This document shows, in pieces, positions 21,773 to 32,664 of a stretch of 64,000 nucleotides of DNA. The position numbers and the translations under genes are program-made. The notes beneath the pieces are model-generated. The model was not told the origin of the DNA and did not search any database. It worked only from the letters and a program-made list of their open reading frames with translations. Each line of letters begins with the position of its first letter. Position 1 is the stretch's first letter. The DNA comes from an uncultured delta proteobacterium (lineage in GTDB: Bacteria; Myxococcota; Myxococcia; Myxococcales; Anaeromyxobacteraceae), in assembly GCA_963766715.1 (NCBI GenBank), contig CAVYBH010000002.1:128001-192000 (forward strand), written 5' to 3'.

Positions 21773-22722
21773 ATGCGAGGCTCCGGTCCCAACGATCCCT
21801 GCTGGTGCGGCAGCGGAAAGAAGTACAAGAAGTGCCACCGCGACGCGGACGCGGAGGCGCCCCCCGCGGGCGCCACCGTCCGTCCGGGCAAGGTCACGCC
21901 CATGCGCACGGTGCCCGAGTCCATCCCGCATCCCTCCTACGCGAAGACCGGGCGCCCGCGCGCCACCGTCCGCATCGCCGATCCCGGAGGAGCGCGATCG
22001 CCCGGATGCGGCGCGCCGGGCGCGCGGCGGCCGAGGTGCTCGCCGAGCTGTCCCGTGCGGCCAGGCCTGGCGTCACCACCGAGGACCTCGACGTCATCGC
22101 CCACGAGGCGTGCATCGCCCGGGGCGCCTACCCCAGCCCGCTCAACTACCACGGCTTCCCGAAGGCCATCTGCACCTCGGTGAACGACGTGATCCTGCAC
22201 GGCATCCCCGACAGCAGGCCCCTCCAGGAAGGGGACATCGTCAGCCTCGACGTGACGCTGTTCCTCGACGGCGTGCACGGCGACTGCTGCGCCACCGTGC
22301 CGGTGGGGCGCATCGACGAGGAGTCGCGGCGCCTGCTGCGCGTGGCCGAGGAGTGCATGATGAAGGGGATCGGGGCGGTCCTCCCGGGCCGGCCGGTCTC
22401 GGACATCGGAAGGGCCGTCGAGCAGCACGCCACGGCGCACGGCTACGGCGTGGTCCGCTCCTTCTGCGGGCACGGCATCGGCGAGGACTTCCACGCCGAG
22501 CCCCAGGTCCTCCACTACTTCGATCCCCGGGCGCGCGACGTCATCCGCGAGGGCATGACCTTCACGGTCGAGCCCATGATCACCATGGGGAACGAGCGGC
22601 ACGTGCTGTGGCCCGACGGCTGGACCGCGGCCACGGCCGACGGCAAGCGGGCCGCCCAGTTCGAGCACACCCTCCTCGTCACCCCCGCGGGCGCCGAGAT
22701 CCTCACCGCGCTGCCGACCTGA
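21773..22722 (+). CDS. map: Type I methionine aminopeptidase with N-terminal SEC-C zinc motif, frameshift near 21985
   Basis: NDPCWCGSGKKYKKCH, then YPSPLNYHGFPKAICTSVN, HGIP, GHGIG, FTVEPMI, AQFEHT. Confidence 0.93.
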
Positions 22723-22728
22723 GCCCGG

Positions 22729-23481
22729 TCAGGCGGGCGCGGCGCCGCCGCGGCGGAGCCACTGCTCCGCCTGGGCCACCACGAACGGAACGGCGACGTC
22801 GACCCGGAGCGGCCGGGGGCCGAGCGAGACGGGGGCGAAGCCGCGGGAGGCGAGCGTCTCCGCCTCGTAGGTGGTGAACCCGCCCTCGGGCCCGATGGCG
22901 GCGACGGCCTCTGCGCCCCCGGGGGAGACGAGGTCGATCGGACCGGGCGCTCCGGGGTGGGCGAGCAGCCGGCGGAGGAGCGACGGGGGGAAGATGGCGT
23001 CCAGCTCGTCCTCCACGAACGGCTTGAAGAACCGGTGGAGCGTCACCCGGGGCGGGCGGGTGTCCTTTCCCTGCTCCAGGCCGCTCCGGAGCTCGGCCTG
23101 CATCGCCTCCGGCTCGAGGAGCGGCGACCCGAAGTAGCTCTTCTCGACCCGGTAGGTGCCGACGAGCGCGACCCGCTTCACGCCCATGGAGGCCACTGCC
23201 TGGAGGACCTTCCGGAGGATCTTCGGCCGGGGGAGGGCGAGCAGGAGCGCCACCGGCGAGGGAGGAGGGGGATCGGCGGAGAGGTGGAAGGCGAGGAGCA
23301 CCTCGTCGACCGACGCCGCGAGGATCTCCCCCTCGCCGATCAGGCCGCCCAGGAGCCCCACGGCGATGCGGTCCCCCGGTCCGGCGCGCAGCACCTCCAC
23401 CACGTGGCGCGCCCGGCGGCCGCGGACCCGGGCGCGATCGGCCGTTTCCAGGTCGACTTCGTCGAGGAGCAGGAGGTTCAA
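22729..23481 (-). CDS. rsmE: 16S rRNA m3U1498 methyltransferase RsmE family
   Basis: HVVEVLR, LALPRPK, AIGPEGGF, SLGPRPLRV (SPOUT motifs). Confidence 0.88.
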   Translation of the reverse strand: MNLLLLDEVDLETADRARVRGRRARHVVEVLRAGPGDRIAVGLLGGLIGEGEILAASVDEVLLAFHLSADPPPPSPVALLLALPRPKILRKVLQAVASMGVKRVALVGTYRVEKSYFGSPLLEPEAMQAELRSGLEQGKDTRPPRVTLHRFFKPFVEDELDAIFPPSLLRRLLAHPGAPGPIDLVSPGGAEAVAAIGPEGGFTTYEAETLASRGFAPVSLGPRPLRVDVAVPFVVAQAEQWLRRGGAAPA

Positions 23482-23497
23482 GGTGTACGATGTCCCG

Positions 23498-23824
23498 ATG
23501 GCAGCGAAGCCTCCCTACTGGTACCTCATCTCGGTGCTCGCGAGCACGGTTCCGCTCGAGCCGGCGCTCGCCATGAGCCTGTACGAGGTGGCCTGCTCCC
23601 TTCACCGCAGCGGCGAGGGGCACGGGGAGGTGGTGCAGGACCGCATGGAGGGGCGCGTGCGCAACCTGCACCGCTCCTTCGCGCTCGGCTCCATCGCCGG
23701 CCCCGGCTTCGAGGCGGACCTGGAGTTCCCGGAGGGCAAGGGCAAGGTCCGTTTCATGCTCACCCGCCAGGGGCTCGACCTGGGAGCCCGCAAGGCCCGG
23801 CTCGACTCCGCGCTCCGAAATTGA
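23498..23824 (+). CDS. Hypothetical protein (108 aa)
   Basis: GC3-biased ORF MAAKPPYWYLISV... filling the gap between rsmE and the lipoprotein gene; TACGAT 6 nt upstream. Confidence 0.65.
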   Translation: MAAKPPYWYLISVLASTVPLEPALAMSLYEVACSLHRSGEGHGEVVQDRMEGRVRNLHRSFALGSIAGPGFEADLEFPEGKGKVRFMLTRQGLDLGARKARLDSALRN

Positions 23825-23838
23825 GTATCCAGGGGGCC

Positions 23839-24360
23839 ATGACCCTCCGCGCCTCCATCGCCGCCGCCGCCTCCAGCCTCCTCCTCGTCGCAGGGTGCGC
23901 CACCGGGAGTGGCGTGCCCATCGGCGGTGCGAGCTACCAGTCCGGCGCCGACTTCTCGAGCTACCAGACCTTCGACTTCTTCCCGGTCCCGCCCGGCGGC
24001 GCGCGGATCGTCGCCACGCTCACCTACTTCGGCGTGGACGGCGTGATCGATCGCGACCTGGGGCGGATCGGGCTCGCCCGTTCCATCGGGGGCTCGCCGG
24101 ACCTGCTCGTCGCCTACTTCCAGGGCGGCACGCAGGTGGACCCGTCGGCGTGGGGGTACTCGACCGCGGGGAACCCGGTCATCGACGTCGTCGACGTCCC
24201 GTCCTCCTGCCTGGTGGTGGACCTGGTGGACGCGAGGACGAAGGTGCTGGTGTGGCGAGGCATCGCGACCGACGCGCTCCTCTCGGCCGACTCGGTCGAC
24301 CCGGCGGTCCGGCAGATGCTCCAGGGCTGGCCGGGACGGCAGGCTCGCCAAGGGCAGTGA
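23839..24360 (+). CDS. DUF4136-like lipoprotein
   Basis: Lipobox VAGC, ADFSSYQTF, PDLLVAY, LVVDLVDARTKVLVWRG. Confidence 0.82.
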   Translation: MTLRASIAAAASSLLLVAGCATGSGVPIGGASYQSGADFSSYQTFDFFPVPPGGARIVATLTYFGVDGVIDRDLGRIGLARSIGGSPDLLVAYFQGGTQVDPSAWGYSTAGNPVIDVVDVPSSCLVVDLVDARTKVLVWRGIATDALLSADSVDPAVRQMLQGWPGRQARQGQ

Positions 24361-24381
24361 GCCGGGCCGTGCGCCTCGCGC

Positions 24382-25575
24382 CTAGGCGAAGTGCTCGGCC
24401 ACGATCTGCCGCGCCAGCTCCATCGAGCTCGTGAAGGCCGGCGAGATGGGGTTCAGCACGTGCAGCGTGTTGCCCGATCGCTCGACGATGAAGTCCATGA
24501 GCAGCTGCTTGGTGCGCCAGTCGACGAGCTGGGGCCGGATGCCCACCTTCTCCGCCGGCTCCACCTCGGACGGGTCGAAGCCGTGGACCAGCCGGGCCGC
24601 GTCCCGGTGCAGGAAGGCGGGCACGTACTTCCGCGGCTCGGAGAGGGCCACCGAGCGGAAGCCCGGGTTCCGGAAGAAGAGGATCGCGTCCTCGAGCGCG
24701 ATGCGCGGCGCGTCGCGATCGACGCCGGCGAGGAGGCCGTAGTTCTCCCGGCCGAAGGCGGGGATGGCGGTGGGGCCCAGGTAGACGTCGCCGTGCACGC
24801 TGCGGGTGAAGTGCACGCCCAGGAAGGGGTTGCGCGGGTCGGGGACCGGGTAGATGTTCCCGTTCACCACCAGCCGGGCGCCCTTCCGGAGCTTCCGGTA
24901 GAGCCCCTTGAACGGGATGAGCCGGTAGTGCTCCCCCACGCCGAAGAGGCGCGCCACCCGGTCGCAGTGCGCCCCGGCGGCGTTCACCAGGCGTCCGAAG
25001 CCCACCGGGCCCGAGGTGGTCTCGACCGCCGACGGTCCGGCCGCGGCGACCACCTCGACGCCGGTCCGGATGCGGACCCGGCCGCTCCCTTCCAGGTCGG
25101 CGCGGAGCGATTGCAGGACCTCCTTCGGATCCACCACGGCGGTCATCCGGGACCAGAGCGCCCGCCCCACCGTGCGGGCCGACGGCTCGATCCCGGCCAG
25201 CCCCTTCTCGTCGAGCATCTCGACCCGGGCGCCGTTGGCGGTGGCCCGCCGGGCCAGCTCGTCGAGGATCGGCAGCTCGCCCTCGTCCCGGGCGACGATG
25301 ACCTTTCCGCACTCCAGGAGGTGCAGCCCCTTCTCCTGGCAGTAGCTCCGCATGAGCAGGTTGCCCGCCAGGCAGGTCCGGGCCTTCCGGCTGTCCGGGG
25401 CGTAGTAGATGCCGGCGTGCAGGACGCCGGAGTTCCGGCCCGAGGCGTGCCGTCCGAGCGAGTCCTCCTTCTCCAGGACGAGCACGTCGCCGGCGCCGCG
25501 CGCGACGAGCTCCCGCGCCACCGAGAGCCCGACGATTCCACCCCCCACGATGACGACGTCCGCGCGATCGGCCAT
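24382..25575 (-). CDS. lhgO: L-2-hydroxyglutarate oxidase family FAD enzyme
   Basis: [51 protein letters not shown]. Confidence 0.92.
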   Translation of the reverse strand: MADRADVVIVGGGIVGLSVARELVARGAGDVLVLEKEDSLGRHASGRNSGVLHAGIYYAPDSRKARTCLAGNLLMRSYCQEKGLHLLECGKVIVARDEGELPILDELARRATANGARVEMLDEKGLAGIEPSARTVGRALWSRMTAVVDPKEVLQSLRADLEGSGRVRIRTGVEVVAAAGPSAVETTSGPVGFGRLVNAAGAHCDRVARLFGVGEHYRLIPFKGLYRKLRKGARLVVNGNIYPVPDPRNPFLGVHFTRSVHGDVYLGPTAIPAFGRENYGLLAGVDRDAPRIALEDAILFFRNPGFRSVALSEPRKYVPAFLHRDAARLVHGFDPSEVEPAEKVGIRPQLVDWRTKQLLMDFIVERSGNTLHVLNPISPAFTSSMELARQIVAEHFA

Positions 25576-25648
25576 GGCGGGTGCGATGCTAGCCGAGCCG
25601 GTCCGGACCCGTTACAACGATTCCTCTTCCCCCACCCGGAGGTGCCAC

Positions 25649-26632
<984 letters not shown>

Positions 26633-26637
26633 GGCCG

Positions 26638-28096
26638 ATGTCCCGCCGGTTCGCGCCCCGGGTTCCTGGTTCTCGCGGCGCTCGCCGTCCCGGCGACGGC
26701 GACCGCCTACGAGGAGCGCGTCCACCAGCTCATCGGGGACCGCGGGCTCCCGTCCACGCTTCCGCGCGACCTGGCGCGCCCCACGATGGCCGACGTCGAC
26801 GCGCTCCGCGTCGCGACCTGGCAGGCCGGCGCCACCCATCCCGACGCCGGGGTGCGTGCACGCTTCCTCGCCCGCTACCCGTCCCAGCAGCAGTTCGACG
26901 CCTGGGCCTGGAAGGAGCTGCTCGGCCTCACCCCGGAGGCCCGCGTCGTGGGCATCGACGCGCTGCCCGAGGTCGCGCAGGACGCGAGGGCCGTGGCCGC
27001 CTTCTCGTCCCGCCTGCCCGACGACGACAAGCGGAACGTCGAGCGGTTCGCCCACGGTCCGGACCGGCAGGTGCGCCGCGACGCGGCTGGCCGGCCCATC
27101 CCGGCCGACCCGGCCCAGCTCGACATGGGCGCGCTCACCGGCCTCTCCAGCCAGGCCTACGCGCACTACGGGCTCCCGGCGCTGCAGTTCTCCGACTCGC
27201 CCGACGTGCTGAAGACCGACCCGCGCCGCTGGGCCTTTCCGCCCACGGTGAAGACCTTCGCGCCCGACTTCGCGCAGGTGCACACGGACCTCGCCATCGC
27301 CGCGGCCGCCTCCGGGACGCCCGGAGGGCGCGGCCTCGCCTGGATCTGGCTGGGCGCCGCCCACCACTACGTCGAGGACGTCGGCAACCAGATCCACACC
27401 CTCCAGGCCGTCTACCCGTTCTTCGTGGACGCCAAGCTGCAGAGCTGGAAGGAGAACGTGCTGTCGCTCTGGGGGCTCCTTCGCCCGCGCCCCGGCTTCG
27501 TCGAGATCGGCCTCGGGATCATCAAGAACCACCACCTGTTCCTGGAGGACCTCTGGGGCGCGCGGGTGTTCGACGCCGCCGAGGGAAGGGCGGCGCCGGC
27601 CGGTGCGGTGGCGGGGCTCGCGGCGCTCGCCACGGGCGATCCGGAGGAGGACGCCAGCCTCGACGCCCTCCGGCTCGATCCCGACGGCCCGTTCGCGCGC
27701 GCCATCACCGAGCAGCTGATCGAGGCGTCGAGCCGGGAGGGAGCGGACGTGTACCTGGCGGCCCGGGACGTCGCCAACCCGCGGCTGTCCCGGTCCCGCT
27801 ACGTCTACCGCGAGGGAACGCCCGACTCCGAGCTGCGCTCGAATCCCGACCCGGCCCGGCTGGCCCGCTTCTACGAGCTGGAGACCCGGGGCTTCGCGCG
27901 CGCGTCGAGCGCGGTCCGCCGCCACGTGGCGCTCTTCCAGGCCGAGGTGGCCCGGGCCGACGCCTCGGAGGCCGCGCGGGTCGCGGTGAGGGACGCCGCG
28001 CTCCGGCGGCTGGTGGCCTCGTCGCTCGACGCCCTGGATGCGCGCGAGGCCAGGCTCTCCGCCTGGCTGGCCGCGCAGCCCGTCACGGGGCGGTGA
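26638..28096 (+). CDS. Secreted protein, putative Zn-dependent phospholipase C/P1-nuclease fold, frameshift near 26660
   Basis: The frame upstream of the listed ORF reads FLVLAALAVPATATA-YEERVHQLI (signal peptide plus aromatic-x4-H), and the body contains LGAAHHYVEDVGNQIH. Confidence 0.62.
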
Positions 28097-29142
28097 ACTC
28101 CCCGCGCAGCCGGGAGGCGACCTCCTCCGGCCACGCCATCGAGAAGCGCTCCCCGAGGAGCAGGTTCAGGTAGTTCGCGTCGGGGACGTGCAGGACGGGG
28201 TCGAGGTAGAGCCGCGGGAGCAGGCGGGCCGACAGGGAGTGGCGCCCCGACCGCTCGCCGGTCCGGTCCGGGAAGAAGGTCAGGTTGAAGCTCCAGAGCC
28301 CGGACGCGGCGAAGCCGCGGAGCGCGCGACGCAGCCCGTTCGAGAACGCCGCGACGTCCGCGTCGGTGAGGTCGAGCACGGACGCCTTGCCCGGGAGGAC
28401 GGCGCGACAGTCGCCGAGGACGCCGGTCGGGGCGAAGGGCACGAACCAGGTCCAGTCTCCGCTTCGTCCGACGACGCGCCCGGCCGCCTCCTCGGCCTCG
28501 AGCAGGGCGCTCCCGAACGGTCGCCCGTGGGCGTCCAGGAAGGCGCTCTCCGCGGCCAGCTCCCGCCGGATCGCGCTGCCCGGCTCCGTGGTGGCGACGA
28601 CCTGCATGTGCGGGTGGAGCTGGGTGCCGCCGGCGGGGGGCATGTGGTTCCAGGTGACGAGGCCGTACAGGCCGTCCTTGCCCAGCCGGGGAATGGTCGA
28701 GGCGAGGAAGTCCCGCGCCGCGGAGAGGCCGGCGGTGACGAGCGCCTCGGGAAGGTCCCCGGCCGAGACCAGGTGCTCCGGGCCCGGGACCAGCACCGCC
28801 GACAGGTCGTCGTACGGGAAGAGGTTCGGGAAGATGACGGCATCCCCGACGGCGGAAGCGTCCGCCCGGGACCAGGTCCTCGGGGAAGCGCGGGGTCACC
28901 TTCATCACCCGGTCGGGGCAGAACGGACAGCTCGGGCGGCGAGCCTCGGCGATCGCCGCGATGTCCGGCGGGGGCGCGGCCGTGAGCGAGAAGTGGCAGA
29001 TCCGGGACGAGTCGCCGGTGAGCGGGTCGTACCGGATCTCGCTCTGGACGTCGGTCAGGGCGAATTCGCGCCGCGGGTCGTGGAGTCGCGAAGCGCGGGG
29101 CTCCCGACGGAAGACGACCGCACCCGCATCGCTCGACGCCAT
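28083..29142 (-). CDS. GalT-like nucleotidyltransferase (HIT superfamily), frameshift near 28845
   Basis: EIRYDPLTG, CPFCP, FPNLFPY, WNHMPPAGGTQLHPHMQ (HxHxQ). Confidence 0.82.
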
Positions 29143-29250
29143 CCCGACCTCCCGGACCCAAAAGGGTGCAAACGAAGCGTTAGCCTAATCGACGCACTTC
29201 AGCATTAGCTGAGAGGCATCCCTCACGCCAACCGCGCTCCCGGAGTGAAC

Positions 29251-29775
29251 ATGGCCCAGACGATCGACTTCACGAAGCTGACCCTCAAGGACGCGCTCGA
29301 CCTCGCCATCTTGATCGAGGACGAGGCCAAGGCCCGATACGAGGAGTTCACCCGCCTGGTGGGCGGGCGCTACAAGGGAGACGCAGACGACGTCTTCCGG
29401 AACATGGCGCTCTACGAGGCCAAGCACGCCTCCGAGCTCCAGGCCCGCCGCGCCAAGCTCTTCGGGAACGCGCCGGTCACCGTCAGCCGCGACGCCATCG
29501 ACGACGTGGAGGCGCCCGACCGCGGCACGCCGAGGGTCTTCATGTCCCCGCGGCAGGCCATGGAGGTCGCGCTCGAAGGGGAGAAGAAGGCCTGGGACTA
29601 CTTCGACGAGGCGCTGCGCCACGTGAAGGATCCCGACGTGCGGAAGCTCTTCGAGGAGCTGCGCGCCGAGGAGCTCCAGCACCAGGAGTACGTGAAGAAG
29701 GCCATGGCCACCCTCCCGCCCGGACCGGACGTCGAGGAGGACGAGGCCGACGCGCCGGGCTCCGACGCGGGCTAG
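29251..29775 (+). CDS. Ferritin-like/rubrerythrin-domain protein
   Basis: AILIEDEAKARY, EAKH, ALEGEKKAWDYF, EELQH: two E...ExxH di-iron half-sites. Confidence 0.88.
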   Translation: MAQTIDFTKLTLKDALDLAILIEDEAKARYEEFTRLVGGRYKGDADDVFRNMALYEAKHASELQARRAKLFGNAPVTVSRDAIDDVEAPDRGTPRVFMSPRQAMEVALEGEKKAWDYFDEALRHVKDPDVRKLFEELRAEELQHQEYVKKAMATLPPGPDVEEDEADAPGSDAG

Positions 29776-29825
29776 CCACGCCGCGCGCGGCACAGAGCGG
29801 GGGCGCGGCGCCGGTCGCGCTCCCG

Positions 29826-30522
29826 GTGAGGTTCGTGCTGGTCCGGCCGCGGGTCGCCGAGAACGTCGGCGCGGCGGCCCGGGTCCTGCGCAACTTCGGG
29901 CACGCCGACTGGGTGCTCGTCGATCCGGAGCGGCTCGACCTGGACGTGGCGCGCCGCCTGGCAATCGGGGCCGAGGACCTGCTCGACGGCGTGACGGGCC
30001 GTACCCGCGCTCGACGACGCCGTGGCCGACTGCGCCTGGGTGGTGGGCACCGACTCCCGGAAGGTCCGGGGGCGGCCGCCGCTCGAGCCGGACCAGCTCG
30101 CCGAGGCGGTGGCCGAGGCGGCGCCGCGCGGCCCCACGGCGCTCGTCTTCGGCGGGGAGCGGGACGGGTTCCGCGCCGGGGAGCTGGCCCGCTGCGACGC
30201 GCTGTCGCGGATCCCCTCGCGCGGGCCGCAGCCCTCGCTCAACCTGGCCCAGGCCGTCGCCGTCTACGCATTCGCCCTGCGGGGCGGGCGGCCGACTCGT
30301 CCGCGCCGGGGACCGGGACCCGCCGCCGCCGACGACGCGGAGCTGCTCGGGGTCGAGGAGGCGCTCCGGGCCGCGCTCTCGGCGGGCGGATTCCTGCGAG
30401 GCCCCGAGCGCCACGCCGTCCGCGACCTGTCCCACACCCTGCGGCGCGGACGGCTGACCCGCAAGGAGGCGCGCCTCTGGATCGCGGCGCTCCGCCGCGT
30501 CGCGCGAAGGGAGGAGCCGTGA
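29826..30522 (+). CDS. TrmJ/TrmH-family SPOUT RNA methyltransferase, frameshift near 30000
   Basis: VLVRPRVAENVGAAARVLRNFG, ALVFGGERDG, IPS...SLNLAQAV. Confidence 0.88.
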
Positions 30523-31388
30523 TGACCGTCCGACCCCGTCGGAGCGCCCTCTACGTGCCGGGCTCGAACGCCCGCGCGCTCGCCAAGGCCTCGTCGCTCG
30601 CCGCCGACGTCGTCATCGTCGACCTGGAGGACGCGGTGGCGCCGGCCGCCAAGGAGGAGGCCCGGCGCGCGGCGGTCGCGGCCATCGGCCAGGGGCTGGG
30701 CCGGGCCGAGGTGGTGCTCCGCGTGAACGGCGCGGACGGGCCGTGGGGCGCCGGCGACCTCGAGGCGGCGGCCCGATCCGGCGCCGACGCGGTGCTGCTG
30801 CCCAAGGTGGAAAGGGCCTCGACCGTGGTCGAGGCCGCCCGGCGGCTCGACGCCGCGGGTGCGCCCGCGTCGCTCGCCCTGTGGGCCATGCTGGAGACGC
30901 CCCGGGGCATCCTGCGCGCCGAGGAGGTGGCGTCCTCCTCCCCGCGCCTGGCCTGCCTGGTGGCCGGGACCTCCGACCTCGTGAAGGACCTCCGGGCGCG
31001 CCACACCCCGGGACGGTCCGAGGTGCTCGCCAGCCTGTCCTGGATCGTGCTCGCCGCCCGGGCCTCCGGCCTCTCGGCGCTCGACGGCGTGCACCTGGAT
31101 CTCGACGATCCGGCCGGGTTCGAGGCGGCCTGCCGCCAGGGGCGGGACCTGGGCTTCGACGGCAAGACCCTCATCCACCCGAGGACCATCGAGGCCGCCA
31201 ACCTGGCTTTCACCCCCGGTGACGAGGAGCTGGCCCTCGCCCGCCGCGTCATCGAGGCCCATGCCGAGGCCGAGGCGGCCGGACGGGGCGTGGTGGTGGT
31301 GGACGGCCGGCTGGTGGAGGCGCTCCACGTGGCGGAGGCGCGCCGGGTGGTGGCCCTGGCCGCGGCGATCCAGGGCCGGGCCGGATAG
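30522..31388 (+). CDS. CitE-family CoA-ester lyase/thioesterase (malyl-CoA thioesterase-like)
   Basis: RPRRSALYVPGSN, DLEDAVAP, LLPKVE, MLETP, GFDGKTLIHP, VDGRLVEALH. Confidence 0.9.
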   Translation: MTVRPRRSALYVPGSNARALAKASSLAADVVIVDLEDAVAPAAKEEARRAAVAAIGQGLGRAEVVLRVNGADGPWGAGDLEAAARSGADAVLLPKVERASTVVEAARRLDAAGAPASLALWAMLETPRGILRAEEVASSSPRLACLVAGTSDLVKDLRARHTPGRSEVLASLSWIVLAARASGLSALDGVHLDLDDPAGFEAACRQGRDLGFDGKTLIHPRTIEAANLAFTPGDEELALARRVIEAHAEAEAAGRGVVVVDGRLVEALHVAEARRVVALAAAIQGRAG

Positions 31389-31397
31389 GATCCCGGG

Positions 31398-32030
31398 GTG
31401 GCCGCGCTCACCCTCGACGAGATCCGCCGCGCGCTCGCCCTGCGCCCCCCCGCGCGGCTCCCGGAGCGCCTGCCGCGCCAGGCGGCGGTCTCCATCGTCC
31501 TGCGCGAGCCCGGGGCCGGCCTCGAGGTCCTCTTCATCCGGCGATCCGAGCGGGAAGGGGACCTCTGGTCGGGCCACGTGGCCTTCCCGGGAGGGCGGGT
31601 CGAGCCCGGCGAGGGGCTCGAGGAGGCGGCGGTGCGCGAGACCGACGAGGAGGTGGGCCTCGACCTCCGCGCGGGCGCCGAGCGGCTGGGTGCGCTCGAC
31701 GAGATCCCGGCCATCGGCCGGGGGCGCGCCGTCGGGCTCTCGATCCAGCCCTGGGTCTTCGCGCTGCGCGCGCCGCCGGCCCCGCTGCGGTTCTCCGGGG
31801 AGGTGGCGAGCGCGCACTGGATCCGCCTCGCCGACCTGCTCGATCCGGCGCGGCAGGTCCCGTTCCCCTACGTGCACGAGGGGCGGAGCCTGCTCCTGCC
31901 CAGCCTGGACGTCGGCGGGATCGTGATCTGGGGGCTCACCTTCCGGATGGTGGAGATGCTCGGCGAGCTGATCCGGCAGGCGGCTCCGGGGTTCACTCCG
32001 GAAGGACCTCGAGGACCCAGGTCTTCATGA
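31398..32030 (+). CDS. Nudix hydrolase, CoA pyrophosphatase subfamily
   Basis: AAV, RRS...WSGHVAFPGG, AVRETDEEVG (Nudix box), IWGLT. Confidence 0.9.
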   Translation: MAALTLDEIRRALALRPPARLPERLPRQAAVSIVLREPGAGLEVLFIRRSEREGDLWSGHVAFPGGRVEPGEGLEEAAVRETDEEVGLDLRAGAERLGALDEIPAIGRGRAVGLSIQPWVFALRAPPAPLRFSGEVASAHWIRLADLLDPARQVPFPYVHEGRSLLLPSLDVGGIVIWGLTFRMVEMLGELIRQAAPGFTPEGPRGPRSS

Positions 32031-32664
32031 GGATCCGGTCCTCGATGGCCGTGGTGGTGGGGACGTCGTGGACGCCGCGGTCCACGACCCCTTCCCGCGG
32101 CGAGTAGAGCCGGCCCGGGTCGCCGGCCAGCACGCGGATGCCGCGGGAGGCGAGCCCTCGTCCCCAGGTCAGGAACTGGCCCGCCATGCTGCGCTCGTAG
32201 AAGACGTCCCCGGCGAGCACCAGGTCCACGTCGGGGACGGTGCCGAGCGGGGACCCGGGGGCGAACTCGATCGTCACGCCGTTGCGGGCCGAGTTCAGCC
32301 GGACGGCTGCCTCGCAGTACGGGTCCAGGTCCCAGGCCACCACGTGGGAGGCGCCGGCCATCGCGGCGGCGATGGCGACGAGCCCGCTGCCCGGTCCCGA
32401 AGTCGAGGACGCGTCGACCGGCGACCTCGTCGGGGCGTGGTCGAGCACGTGGCGGGCCAGCGCCTGTCCGCCCGCCCAGGGAAAGGCCCAGAACGGCGAG
32501 TCGTCCCACCCGGCCAGGTCGGCCGTGGTGGCGCGCCAGAGCTCGGTCATCTCGGTGGCCTGGTGGAGCTCGATCTCGGGAACGAGCGGCACCCGCTCGA
32601 CGGCGGTGCGGCTCCGGACGAAGTCCATCCATTCCTCGAGCGAACGGGGCGAGGGATCGGGCAC
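31993..32664 (-). CDS. Class I SAM-dependent protein-lysine methyltransferase (METTL20/PrmA-like), two compensating indels near 32440 and 32392
   Basis: PFWAFPWAGGQALARH; VAGRRVLDFGTG appears in a shifted frame; then SGLVAIAA, LAGDVFYE, GDPGR. Confidence 0.88.
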   Translation of the reverse strand: MPDPSPRSLEEWMDFVRSRTAVERVPLVPEIELHQATEMTELWRATTADLAGWDDSPFWAFPWAGGQALARHVLDHAPTRSPVDASSTSGPGSGLVAIAAAMAGASHVVAWDLDPYCEAAVRLNSARNGVTIEFAPGSPLGTVPDVDLVLAGDVFYERSMAGQFLTWGRGLASRGIRVLAGDPGRLYSPREGVVDRGVHDVPTTTAIEDRILMKTWVLEVLPE

